A stretch of DNA of 64,000 nucleotides from IMG/VR virus record IMGVR_UViG_3300025276_000023, positions 32,001-96,000 of that record. One strand, given 5' to 3'. The stretch is from a virus. Below are positions 47,170-57,045 of this stretch, one piece after another. The notes under the pieces are model-generated. The model ran no database searches. It was not told where the DNA came from and worked only from the letters and a program-made list of their open reading frames with translations. Numbering within the stretch: the first letter of the stretch is position 1; the number at the start of each line of letters is the position of its first letter. The translations under genes were made by a program, and so were the position numbers.

Positions 47170-47535
47170 ATGAAGATTTCAGACGCACTATGTATAGCAG
47201 CGGTAGCAGTGACAGCAGTAGCTTTAGCATCTGCAAGTGTAATAGAAGTTAGACGCGAGCCTCTACCTAGACGTAGAATGAATCGTGGTTCTACTCACCA
47301 GATAAGAGGAAGTCGAGTTCGTGCTACTGTAATATTTAACAGTGATCGCACATTTAATGTAGATGTTAGAGACGTAGGCGATTTCTACGGTCGCTATAGT
47401 CTAGCTCAGATGTTACGTAATCGTATCGAACAAAACCTTAGATACGATCATTCAATGTCTAAAAGATTGGCAGTCAGTAAAGCTTGTAATGAGGTTTCTG
47501 ACTTTACCGGTTTACCATTGTACAATATCAGTTAG
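47170..47535 (+). CDS. Small membrane-anchored or exported Arg-rich protein
   Basis: ALCIAAVAVTAVALASASV hydrophobic N-terminus; AAGGA RBS. Confidence 0.7.
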   Translation: MKISDALCIAAVAVTAVALASASVIEVRREPLPRRRMNRGSTHQIRGSRVRATVIFNSDRTFNVDVRDVGDFYGRYSLAQMLRNRIEQNLRYDHSMSKRLAVSKACNEVSDFTGLPLYNIS

Positions 47536-47547
47536 GTATTGTACAAT

Positions 47548-47577
47548 AAAAAGAAGCTTCCGTAGCTTCTTTTTTTT
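47548..47577 (+). terminator. Rho-independent terminator
   Basis: AAAAAGAAGCT tccgt AGCTTCTTTTT. Confidence 0.75.
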
Positions 47578-47598
47578 ATTCACTATTAGGATTAAATT

Positions 47599-47835
47599 AT
47601 GCATTATAGTTATAACGAAGATGAGGCGATTTATTTACGTACTCAATTGGCTAAACGAATTGAGCTAGAACGTAACGCTGAAAGAAAAGAAAGCATGTTA
47701 CACCTACAGAAATGCATGGGTACGGAAGGTCCTATCGAAACAGAACTGGCTAATCGTTCTGACTGGCCTGAGATTATCAATACCATCATGTATGGTCCAG
47801 AGGCAGGGGATACGTATGAACCAGGAATCCTTTAG
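47599..47835 (+). CDS. Hypothetical protein
   Basis: 78 aa, AGGA RBS. Confidence 0.6.
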   Translation: MHYSYNEDEAIYLRTQLAKRIELERNAERKESMLHLQKCMGTEGPIETELANRSDWPEIINTIMYGPEAGDTYEPGIL

Positions 47836-48217
47836 CTTTACAGAAAGGTTATATGAAAGCACTATGAAAGAGTCAGATAAAATAATGGACAGCGCTTTCT
47901 TAGTTGATAAAACTGATCATCACGACACTCTACTAGACGATATAATCTTTAGACTGTACAGATATCAACGCGAGTTAAATGTAACGCGTAAGATACTCGA
48001 TACTGGTAAGGTTCAATATCGTTTCTTATCAATGGGTGACGTGCCGCTTACAATTCATCCAAGACAAGCAAGTCAAATGCTATTTACTAAACTGGAGAGT
48101 TTGCTACCTAAGCATCCAGAGAAAATGGATTTCATTGACGCTGCAATTCTACTAGATGATTTGTTAATTGAATACAACAAAGAACCTAAACGTGGCAGCT
48201 TAAGTATAAGTAACTAA
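47792..48217 (+). CDS. Hypothetical protein (start probably 47816)
   Basis: AGGGG precedes MNQESF. Confidence 0.6.
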   Translation: MVQRQGIRMNQESFSFTERLYESTMKESDKIMDSAFLVDKTDHHDTLLDDIIFRLYRYQRELNVTRKILDTGKVQYRFLSMGDVPLTIHPRQASQMLFTKLESLLPKHPEKMDFIDAAILLDDLLIEYNKEPKRGSLSISN

Positions 48218-48262
48218 CATAAACAGCTCCCATTATGGGAGCTGTATGTTTTTTCTTTTTTT
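48216..48262. terminator. Terminator between convergent units
   Basis: ACAGCTCCCA tta TGGGAGCTGT with AACATA..TATGTT flanks. Confidence 0.8.
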
Positions 48263-48267
48263 AGTTT

Positions 48268-50307
48268 CTAACCACCACGGTCACTAGGATCGGCTATAGC
48301 TGCTAGCCAGCGACCAGGCGATGCTCCAAATAACCAACCAGCATTCGATGCAACACTTGCCCATTTAGCAGGTGAGCGCCATTGTTGGAAGTCTAGCATT
48401 GACTTGTGGAAGTTCTTCTTCAGACGCTTAGTTGTATAGATCTGATCTACTAAATCTAACGAACCCATGATTGCCATCAAATCAGTAAATTGATTTTCAT
48501 CTGATAATAGATATTTAGATATACCACCTGGAAGTAGAGTATCTAATGGATTGAAACCAGCAGTTAAAGGCATGTGAGTAATTGATGTTAAATCTAATAG
48601 CGTAAATTCAATATCAATACCTAGTGGTTCACTGTCTTTAGTGTAACCGATATTACCAGTACCTAATGTCATAGTGAATGAATCAATTATGCCCAGTCTA
48701 GATTGTGCTCTACCTTTACAGTAGTATTCACAAATGAATGGACCTGTGTATGATTGGAAACCAGTTGATCTAGGAATAGCACCCGCCATTACTGAGATAG
48801 CAGGAATGAATAAGTTCTGCAGTCTTGATACTGGATCAGATGACCATGAACGACATTCCATCTTAGCACTTATCTTAGGCGCATTTGTTATTGTCTCTTC
48901 CCAGTACTTAGGGATGTCCACTAACGCATTGCCCATAAGAGCAGCTAGACCGCTCACACCGACACTTTCAGCAACGCCGCTAAGCAATGCCCCTACCGAG
49001 CTAGTAACGGCTCCTATAGCGTCTCCTACGAACCCACCAATTAACTGACCATCTGATAGATTGAAACGAATGTCTTTAGCACCCGATGACATACCGTTAA
49101 TCATACCGGCTACACCAGATTCTTTAACCGTACTATTAGCAGAGAAACTTGTAGAGCCAGGCTTATCAATTCTAAACGATACAAACTGACCACCATCATT
49201 ACTTTCTGCTTCTAGCGAAGTAAAGAACTTAGACCACCAGCCTTCATCTTCACCGTAGAGATCAGAGGCTGTTTCAGCAGGTTGATTAGCAATGTTAGTT
49301 TCAACATCGTTTGCGAACTTAGCTTCCTCATTTGGGTCTTCGGTTTCCTTTTCCTGTAATGGTTTATACGCATCGAGAGAGAACCAATCGTCAATGTACG
49401 TTCCCATATCACGCCCTTCGGCGATAACTGGATCATTAGGATGTCCGGTTTCTTTATAGACTCTACTTACAGCAGCAATTGCTTCATCAGCTGTTTTAGA
49501 TTCATCGAGGCTCTTCTTCAATAGCTCATGGCGTTTATTAGCAAGACGTTGATAACGAGTGGTTACGTTATAGATATCGATGCTGCCATTTGAATTATAG
49601 ATGTCAGGTAATAGTTTACGGTAAGCTGCTTTATCATCATCACCAAAACCTTCTTGTTCTTTATATCCCTCAGTACGTTCTGAGTTAGCCATACCTGCTA
49701 CGTTACCCATATTTGACATCAAGCTATTTAGAACACTTGAGCGAGCATCGTTGTAGATATGCATTGCAGGTTTCAGATAGAAGTATTTAGTAGAAGGCAT
49801 GTCTGCTAAGAATCTAAGCGTCTGTGCTATTAGAATATAAGGTAATATTCTAAAGGTTGCTACAGTCCCTATGATTCTACCAATAGAACGTGCTATTTGA
49901 TTACTACGTCCTTTATTGGCTAACTGTGCGGCTGTTGGGTCATAGAAGTTACCAAAGAACCGAGTCATGCTGTTATAGGTTGGAATACCGAAACGCATAT
50001 GCATGATAACTTGAGTATCATCGAAACGTTCGCTATAGTCACGTCCCATACCGCTAGTTGCACCCAAGAAACTATATTTAGTTGTAGGGTCATCTACATA
50101 TCGTTCTTCATTTAAATCAGCAAAGCCTGTAAACTGAGGCAGTGGATTTATTGCTTTATTGCCACCAAGTGTAGTGTCTCCAAATTTGAATAGACCAGAC
50201 GGTAGCTTTCTAAATTTATCTACGCTTGTATCGAATGAGTCCGGTGGAAGAAGAAACGCACTTCTCACCCAACTACTGACAGATGCATCGCTTAGTACTT
50301 CGTACAT
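48268..50307 (-). CDS. Tail/baseplate structural protein (phiKZ gp182-like)
   Basis: FGDTTLGGNKAINPLPQFT, GMGRDYSE and PKYWE..GIIDS motifs; immediately downstream of the gp181-like gene; start moved to 50307 (GGAG RBS). Confidence 0.75.
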   Translation of the reverse strand: MYEVLSDASVSSWVRSAFLLPPDSFDTSVDKFRKLPSGLFKFGDTTLGGNKAINPLPQFTGFADLNEERYVDDPTTKYSFLGATSGMGRDYSERFDDTQVIMHMRFGIPTYNSMTRFFGNFYDPTAAQLANKGRSNQIARSIGRIIGTVATFRILPYILIAQTLRFLADMPSTKYFYLKPAMHIYNDARSSVLNSLMSNMGNVAGMANSERTEGYKEQEGFGDDDKAAYRKLLPDIYNSNGSIDIYNVTTRYQRLANKRHELLKKSLDESKTADEAIAAVSRVYKETGHPNDPVIAEGRDMGTYIDDWFSLDAYKPLQEKETEDPNEEAKFANDVETNIANQPAETASDLYGEDEGWWSKFFTSLEAESNDGGQFVSFRIDKPGSTSFSANSTVKESGVAGMINGMSSGAKDIRFNLSDGQLIGGFVGDAIGAVTSSVGALLSGVAESVGVSGLAALMGNALVDIPKYWEETITNAPKISAKMECRSWSSDPVSRLQNLFIPAISVMAGAIPRSTGFQSYTGPFICEYYCKGRAQSRLGIIDSFTMTLGTGNIGYTKDSEPLGIDIEFTLLDLTSITHMPLTAGFNPLDTLLPGGISKYLLSDENQFTDLMAIMGSLDLVDQIYTTKRLKKNFHKSMLDFQQWRSPAKWASVASNAGWLFGASPGRWLAAIADPSDRGG

Positions 50308-50338
50308 AGACACTCCATTAATAAAAAAAATCTTCATT

Positions 50339-50382
50339 ACATAAAATGCGCAGCTAGGATTAACTAGCTGCGCATTATGTTT
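50339..50382. terminator. Hairpin terminator
   Basis: AATGCGCAGCTAG gattaa CTAGCTGCGCATT, 13-bp stem with ACATA..TATGT flanks. Confidence 0.75.
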
Positions 50383-53300
50383 ATATACTCCGTCTCATTG
50401 ATATCTTTCCAGTATCGAGTGGGGCGGATGTTTCAGGTTTCTTAAAAGATTCCTGCTGGCCCGTAGAGGCCGATTGATTACCAGTAGGATTCACTGTTGC
50501 TTGAGGGGCTGTATTATTAACCTTACCGTTTTGCTTTATAAGGTCTTTTAGTAGAGCAACACTTTGTTTGTGATAGCTATTACTCTCAGCTAGTAGTGAG
50601 TTGGCACGTTTAAGCTCTGTAACGGCTTGTAACGAACTCTGGCTACTGTCAGCAGCGTATTGGGTTTGTGCTTTCGCACGTTGTTCAGCGGCTCTCTTAG
50701 ACGCTCTCTCGACTAACTCTTTCTGTTCTTTAGTATCGACAACATCAGACTTTTCATCTTGATATTTAGACTTGTTAACAACATTAGCAGTATCGGCCAC
50801 GTAAGAACTAGAAGACGATTTCTTAACAGCAGGAGTTGTGGAAGCTTTCACTTCATCTAGTCTGCTAGATAATCCAGAAAAGAATTCCTTCTTAGTCATC
50901 TTCGCAGAGAGTCTATCTTTATCAGCTGTGGTTTTAGGCTTAATGAATTCAGATACATTGGCATCGTCATCTGCTTGTATTAAGCGGATTGTTTCCTCAG
51001 TACCGTACATCATAGCCGATAGATTTTCTTGAGAGGTTGGTTCTCTTCCTAAGATAGAACGCATTCTAGCAATTGACACCTTAAGGAACTCAGCCACCGC
51101 AATGGTTGCATGTTGAGGATTCTTAATGTCTGGCTTATCGATACTGTATCGTTCAGCATGCTTATCCATTAGTTTCCTAAAGGTAGCAGCATCCATTAGA
51201 TACATACCCGACCTAGCACCTACTCGTTTGTTAGGATTGAAGTTAGTAGCTAGTTTAGCAAGTCCTAGTATTGGATCAGGCTCAATGCCTACTAACATGG
51301 CTACTGACATTACCATCTTGCCATATTCGCCCATTGTAGCACGAAGCGGTTTATAGATAGCACTTGCATCAGCATCACCTACAGATGAAATCTTAGCATT
51401 GATTTCTTTCTCAGAGATACTAGCAACTGGATTAACTTCTGTAGGAGCACCAGAACTAGGAACGTAGCTAGTAGTCTGACCCGAATTTCCACGAGCCTTC
51501 ATCTTATCTATTTTCTTCTGCACCCTACGTAAAGTTGGATTGTCACTGTTACGTCTACGCTCGGCTGCCTGTTTTGCAAACTCCTCACCGGTCATCGGTT
51601 TATCAGATGTGCCTTGTATAGGAGTGACACTCGCTGGTTTATCTGGATCAGCAACCTTAGCTACTTCTCCCCGAGCTTTCATTGCATCGGCTTGTTTCTG
51701 TGCTTTGCGTACAGCAGGGTTATCGCTATTGCGTCGTCGTTCGGCAGCCTGATCTGCAAACTGAGCAGCTGTTGATTGAGTAGCTTTAGGATTAGGAACA
51801 TCCTTCATTGTTTTAAGTTGTTCATCGGTTGGATTGAGTGCTGGATCTTTAGGATCTAAAGTGGCTTGCTCATTATCTTTCATCTCAATGACTGAACGCA
51901 TATGTTGATCATATTTACGTTGCAGTGAAGGGTTGTCAAAATGTTTACGGACAATGTCGGTACCTTTAAAGTATTCAACGCCGTCTTTAACATCAAACTT
52001 CTCTTCAGCTGGACTATCGTTAGCAGCCTTCGCCACCGTTCCTTGCATCATTAACATGTTAGCTTTATTGTCGTTAGCTTTACGTGCATCTTTCATTACA
52101 GCTTGACCGTACTTAGCACTGTAACCGTCATCTGGTAGATCGTAGGTCTTCTGAGGGTTCTTAGAAGGCTGTCCATTACGCATGTTAATCATACGTTTCT
52201 CAGCAGACTTATCTCTAGGCGTGTGTTTCTCAACAACTAAAGCAAGTGCTTCTTCGATAGGTTCCATTCGACCATCCATCACTATATCAGAATCCCCAAA
52301 CGGAGAAGACGTGACTGTATATGGACTAGGTTCAGTTCTTATCATTGAAGCTTTTGCAAATTTAATCTTATCTTCTTCTTTAAGATCTTTATCTACTGTC
52401 ATTAGGTTAGATGAATTAGCCATTGTTTTCAATAGATACATGTTCTTCAAAAAGACTGGTTTAAAACGTTCACTGAACCACTTGTTAAACATCTTAACCT
52501 TCTGTTTATTTTTAATATCAAACTCAAAGATTTCAGGTATTTGCTCAAACGGTACTTTACCAGATATAGATGCAGACTCTCCAGAGATAGAAACATTCTT
52601 AGAAAGGATTTGCTCAAACTTACCTATGGTTTGAATTAAATCATAGTCTAAGTCTGGTACACCGTACTGAGCCATCCGCAGTTCAGTTAAAGGATCTAAC
52701 AGTTCTGAGAAGTAGCTATAAGTAAAGTAACTAACAGCCCCAACCGCAGCAACCGTCAAGACAACAGGAGAGAACACAACTGCGGCTACTGTACCAGCAG
52801 CCGCAGCAGTTGCTGCCGCAGCAGTAGCAACACCACTTGCAATGGCAGGAGCAGCCGCCACAGCCGCCGTAGCCACATAAGGTATTGCTCTAGCCCCCAT
52901 TGCCAAAGCTCTAGCAGTTAAAGACTTCTTACCACCACCTAGGAACATATTAGCGACACTGGAACCGGTTAAGAAATTAAGTACAGTTGTTAACACTGAC
53001 CCTATTCCCATTATACCACCAACCACTTTACTTAACATGCCAAACGTACCGCTCATTAGTCCTAATACTTTCTTGGAGAATGACCCTCCTTTACGATTAG
53101 CCTTAGCCGCCTTATCTTCCCTTGCCTCTTTACGCTTAGCTTCTTTCTTAGCTTTACGTTCTTTCATGATATTGACAAAAGAACCTACTCGGTCTTTCAT
53201 GTCACTGGCTTCGTTCTTAAGTTTATCTTTGAAGCTAGGACGTTTCTTGCTCTTGTCCTTTTCTTCTTTGTTTCTAAACTTCTTGAACTTACCAAATAGC

Positions 53301-56300
53301 GTATCCATGTAGCCATTCATTTTAGCAGCAAAGCCTTCTTTAGCTCCTTTGGCTTTATCTTTAAGAGCGTCTTTCTTTTGCTTCAACTTCTCTTTAAGAT
53401 CTTTACCTCTAGAACTTGCTTTGTCTTTAAGCTCAGATGCTTTATCTTTCGCTTTATTGTATTTCTCATCGACACCAGAACGTTCACGGTAATCTTTTGC
53501 TTTGTCTTTGGCTTTATCTATCTTGCCATCAACATCGTATTTATTACGTAACTCATCTGCTTTAGATTTGATCTTATCTTTAGCAGTCTTACCACTAAAG
53601 GCATTGTACTTGTCTTTAACTTTATCCAGTAAACCAGAACCCATTGAAGTAGCTGAACTGAAAGCTGCTTTAGCACCGTTAACGATACCACCAGACGCTT
53701 GAGCCAATTCTTCTTCTTTAACATCGAGTCCTTTATAGGCAAAGTATTTTAATAAGAGTGCATAGATACGTTTAGTTATACTTCCCGTACCAATTCCAAA
53801 TGAACGTTTCTCACCGTTGCCGTCAGTGCCGAATCCAGGTATCTTAGATGTTAACCATCCTAAACTTCCTTTGATTGCATCGGCTGCTGTACCAGCGCCC
53901 TTCTTAACGAGGTCAAAGGCTTTCTTGCCACCATTTAATACTAAGCCAGCACCTTTACCTATAAGTCCAATGGCGCTCGCTATAACGCTCTTAGGCAACC
54001 CTATCTTTTTACCGTCAATAGTAACAAGGTTCTTTAATTCCTCAGCATTAATTACAATGCTCTTACCTTCGTATATAGGACCGGTTAAATGTTTCTTGTG
54101 AGTGACCGTAACCCCAGCAGAGTTAACGTACGCTCCATTATTCATTTTAACAACTCTAAGACGAGGTTCACTTTCCCCTTTCACGTAAACGTCTGGTAGT
54201 TTAGTGAAGAAGTCTTTAGCTTTGTTATAGGCTTTATCTATCCCTAGCATCTTAAATGGATTGACTAAGTTAAATGGTTTTTTGATTAACCCTAAAAGGA
54301 AATCTTTACCTGCTTTAAAGTTTATCTTTTTACCAGCGAAACTATAAAGGCCATCTCTCCATTGTTCAGGACTGATAGCGTAGTTACCAGCTAAGTCTTT
54401 TATCGGTCCCTTTATTTGAGACATCTTGGTAATTATCTTACCCGTAATAGCATCTTTATATTCACCAGCTTCTAATTTAGCTTTAGTGATTAAAGGATTG
54501 ATCTTATTGGTAGCTGAGTAGAGATCTATATTTTTAAGACCTAGAACAGTATCTTTAATAGCCCCGCCAGCTCTACGTGCTAGACCAGCTGCAAAGGTTA
54601 ATGGTTTAAGTGTATTGCCAAATACTTTCTTACCGATGTCCCATGGCTTCTTAATGATGGTGTTAAACGCACCTTTACCAAGACCTTTAAGTTTACCGTA
54701 TTTACCTTTAAGGTAATTCTTAGCTCTGGTTCGTTTACCTTCTTTAGGCGTACCGTCATTGTCACCGTAGGCAAACATATCGGGTAGATCAATTAAGAGT
54801 TCTTTTATCTCACTTAACAGATCAACTTGCTTAGACGCATGTTCTTGGCTTGAGAACTTGCCTTCAATCATTTCTAACTGATCATAGTCGATGGCTAATT
54901 CACCGCCTGTTCTACCTTGTAAAGATTCAATCAATTGATCAATACTTTGAATTAGTTCACCTGCTTCAATGGTAGTGGAAATAGAATCACCAGCGCCACT
55001 TGCGCTATCTGGACCGACTGGAGGATTCCAAGGTTTACCTGGTTCTTTATCAGACGGGTCGTAAGGCTTTTCTGCTGCTGCTTTATCTTTACCGTGCTGA
55101 CGATAGCGTTCAAAGATATACTCTTCATTGACATGATCATCACCATCTCGGTCAACAGTAACACCACTGCGTCTGAGAGCTTCTCTATTAGCTGTGTTAG
55201 CGTAAAGATTAGCTGTCTCATAAGTGTTAGGCATTGCTTCACGCAAACGTCTTAGATCACGATTGGCTTCTACTTGAGCAAAAGAGCCTTTAACATTTTC
55301 ATCGCCTATTGTTCCATCCATCTCAAGTTCGAGTTTGGCATGAACAGCATCGGCAAATCGATCGTACTCTTCCATTGATAGTTTAGACTTATCTAGATAG
55401 TCACCATCAATTAGTTTCTTAGTGTTGAAGTCAGTATCAGTACGAGCAAACCGAAGAAACATCTCTTCTATTTTATCTGCTATATCATCAACTGAACCAT
55501 CTGTAACAACAGACAGTAGATTTTTATTGATGTCTTTCAATGCGTCGAGTTCAGTGTCTCTAACTGCATCGCCTTCTATTCTAGCTGAGAGGTCAGTTGT
55601 CTGTACAAACTTATTACCAGCATGATCAAAAGTAACTGAGTCTTCTTCCGTACCGCTTACGCTATGCCATATTTTAGATAACCAACCAGGTATTACTTCA
55701 ATGATTGATTTACGAGTAAGGTTGTCAAAGTCAGCATGGTCGGTTGAGTTAGCTATTTGATCATAACCTACTCTAGACTCACGTCTATTCCTAAGGGCTT
55801 CTAAAGCAGTCTCTTGCAACATACTAGAAATGTTACCAGTATACGTCTTAGACTCTAAATGCTCACGTAGCATCTTGTCGTAGTTCTCACTACCGTTTAG
55901 AAGCTTATTGCCAAGCGTTGCAATCTTTTTATTCTTAGCCATATGAGGAGCTAAGAACTTACCCATCTTCTCACCTAACCAGCGAGTTAATGATTCAGAA
56001 CCCATCTGAGCACCGAGTTCAGTTTTACTGATACCCATCTCTTCAAGGTCAACGCCCTCTAACATATCGCCTGCAAATGAAGCAGTGGCTACAGCGTCTT
56101 TAAACTCAGCTACCTTCTCTTTAACTCGTTTACCTAGAATGTCCCCAAATGTATTGAGGAAGTCTTTAGCCATTGGAGCGAACTTATCTTGTGCTTTACC
56201 GATAAGTTTCTCTTTGGTTAACTGCATTGCTAGTTCACTGTTTTGTATTTTAACAGCTTCTGGCAAACCAGTGTTCTTAACCAAAGAGCGGAAGTGAGTA

Positions 56301-57013
56301 AGTGTTTCTTCCTGAGTTAGTTTAAATAGTTCGTAATGGTCTTTAGCTACAAAGAAATGCTTGTATTTTAATTCAAGTGTTTTACGTTGCCATTGCATCG
56401 TAACGTTATCTTGATACGCATTGTGTTTAGCCAATTCGTTACGTATACCCTGAGAGATCTCAGTATTGGTTTCGTGACGTTTAGACTCAACAACTTTGTA
56501 CATCATGTCCTGAGCTTGATCTTCTTTCTTCTCTTGTGCTTGCGCTTCGAAAATAGGAGCTAGTTCAGACGCTATACCTTGATTGCGAATTTCATCTTTG
56601 GTCATTTCAGCAGAGTTGGTTTTCTCTTCTTTTAGAATCTCTTCTAACTTTTTAGAAACCGCATCTGGTAAAACTTTATCGAGCATTGTGGTTGCACGAC
56701 GACCCATTCTTTTAAGATCAACGATGGCTGGTCTTAAATCATTTGTTACTTGATTGTATAGTCCAATACCTTTATCAGTCACGTCATTCGTTACGTCAAA
56801 AGCTGCACCATAACCTTCTGGCAAAGCCTTACGTAAAACGTTTGCTTGAAATGAACGATCGGTTATTGTTTCTTTGAAACCGCTATATGCCCCTTTACCA
56901 AAGTCTTTTGCAACACTTCGGTTATTACTGGGCGATTCGGGATCTTGGAACGGATCATTGAAATCGAAATCATCCATTTCAAAATTATCAAAATCATATT
57001 CTTTATTATTCAT
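50381..57013 (-). CDS. Large tail protein, tape-measure / lytic transglycosylase type (phiKZ gp181-like)
   Basis: 2210 aa; FD..TRKSIIEVIPGWLSKI and DVYVKGE..PRL motifs, Ala-rich hydrophobic segment, LR.AQYG, C-terminal SLT-like domain; divergent from RNAP beta'. Confidence 0.85.
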   Translation of the reverse strand: MNNKEYDFDNFEMDDFDFNDPFQDPESPSNNRSVAKDFGKGAYSGFKETITDRSFQANVLRKALPEGYGAAFDVTNDVTDKGIGLYNQVTNDLRPAIVDLKRMGRRATTMLDKVLPDAVSKKLEEILKEEKTNSAEMTKDEIRNQGIASELAPIFEAQAQEKKEDQAQDMMYKVVESKRHETNTEISQGIRNELAKHNAYQDNVTMQWQRKTLELKYKHFFVAKDHYELFKLTQEETLTHFRSLVKNTGLPEAVKIQNSELAMQLTKEKLIGKAQDKFAPMAKDFLNTFGDILGKRVKEKVAEFKDAVATASFAGDMLEGVDLEEMGISKTELGAQMGSESLTRWLGEKMGKFLAPHMAKNKKIATLGNKLLNGSENYDKMLREHLESKTYTGNISSMLQETALEALRNRRESRVGYDQIANSTDHADFDNLTRKSIIEVIPGWLSKIWHSVSGTEEDSVTFDHAGNKFVQTTDLSARIEGDAVRDTELDALKDINKNLLSVVTDGSVDDIADKIEEMFLRFARTDTDFNTKKLIDGDYLDKSKLSMEEYDRFADAVHAKLELEMDGTIGDENVKGSFAQVEANRDLRRLREAMPNTYETANLYANTANREALRRSGVTVDRDGDDHVNEEYIFERYRQHGKDKAAAEKPYDPSDKEPGKPWNPPVGPDSASGAGDSISTTIEAGELIQSIDQLIESLQGRTGGELAIDYDQLEMIEGKFSSQEHASKQVDLLSEIKELLIDLPDMFAYGDNDGTPKEGKRTRAKNYLKGKYGKLKGLGKGAFNTIIKKPWDIGKKVFGNTLKPLTFAAGLARRAGGAIKDTVLGLKNIDLYSATNKINPLITKAKLEAGEYKDAITGKIITKMSQIKGPIKDLAGNYAISPEQWRDGLYSFAGKKINFKAGKDFLLGLIKKPFNLVNPFKMLGIDKAYNKAKDFFTKLPDVYVKGESEPRLRVVKMNNGAYVNSAGVTVTHKKHLTGPIYEGKSIVINAEELKNLVTIDGKKIGLPKSVIASAIGLIGKGAGLVLNGGKKAFDLVKKGAGTAADAIKGSLGWLTSKIPGFGTDGNGEKRSFGIGTGSITKRIYALLLKYFAYKGLDVKEEELAQASGGIVNGAKAAFSSATSMGSGLLDKVKDKYNAFSGKTAKDKIKSKADELRNKYDVDGKIDKAKDKAKDYRERSGVDEKYNKAKDKASELKDKASSRGKDLKEKLKQKKDALKDKAKGAKEGFAAKMNGYMDTLFGKFKKFRNKEEKDKSKKRPSFKDKLKNEASDMKDRVGSFVNIMKERKAKKEAKRKEAREDKAAKANRKGGSFSKKVLGLMSGTFGMLSKVVGGIMGIGSVLTTVLNFLTGSSVANMFLGGGKKSLTARALAMGARAIPYVATAAVAAAPAIASGVATAAAATAAAAGTVAAVVFSPVVLTVAAVGAVSYFTYSYFSELLDPLTELRMAQYGVPDLDYDLIQTIGKFEQILSKNVSISGESASISGKVPFEQIPEIFEFDIKNKQKVKMFNKWFSERFKPVFLKNMYLLKTMANSSNLMTVDKDLKEEDKIKFAKASMIRTEPSPYTVTSSPFGDSDIVMDGRMEPIEEALALVVEKHTPRDKSAEKRMINMRNGQPSKNPQKTYDLPDDGYSAKYGQAVMKDARKANDNKANMLMMQGTVAKAANDSPAEEKFDVKDGVEYFKGTDIVRKHFDNPSLQRKYDQHMRSVIEMKDNEQATLDPKDPALNPTDEQLKTMKDVPNPKATQSTAAQFADQAAERRRNSDNPAVRKAQKQADAMKARGEVAKVADPDKPASVTPIQGTSDKPMTGEEFAKQAAERRRNSDNPTLRRVQKKIDKMKARGNSGQTTSYVPSSGAPTEVNPVASISEKEINAKISSVGDADASAIYKPLRATMGEYGKMVMSVAMLVGIEPDPILGLAKLATNFNPNKRVGARSGMYLMDAATFRKLMDKHAERYSIDKPDIKNPQHATIAVAEFLKVSIARMRSILGREPTSQENLSAMMYGTEETIRLIQADDDANVSEFIKPKTTADKDRLSAKMTKKEFFSGLSSRLDEVKASTTPAVKKSSSSSYVADTANVVNKSKYQDEKSDVVDTKEQKELVERASKRAAEQRAKAQTQYAADSSQSSLQAVTELKRANSLLAESNSYHKQSVALLKDLIKQNGKVNNTAPQATVNPTGNQSASTGQQESFKKPETSAPLDTGKISMRRSI

Positions 57014-57045
57014 AATCCAACCTATTAATTGAAGGTGAGAGTCAC

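Noticed and set aside
48734-56297. Plus-strand and alternative-frame ORFs within the gp182- and gp181-like genes
   Set aside because: Shadow ORFs without independent signals.
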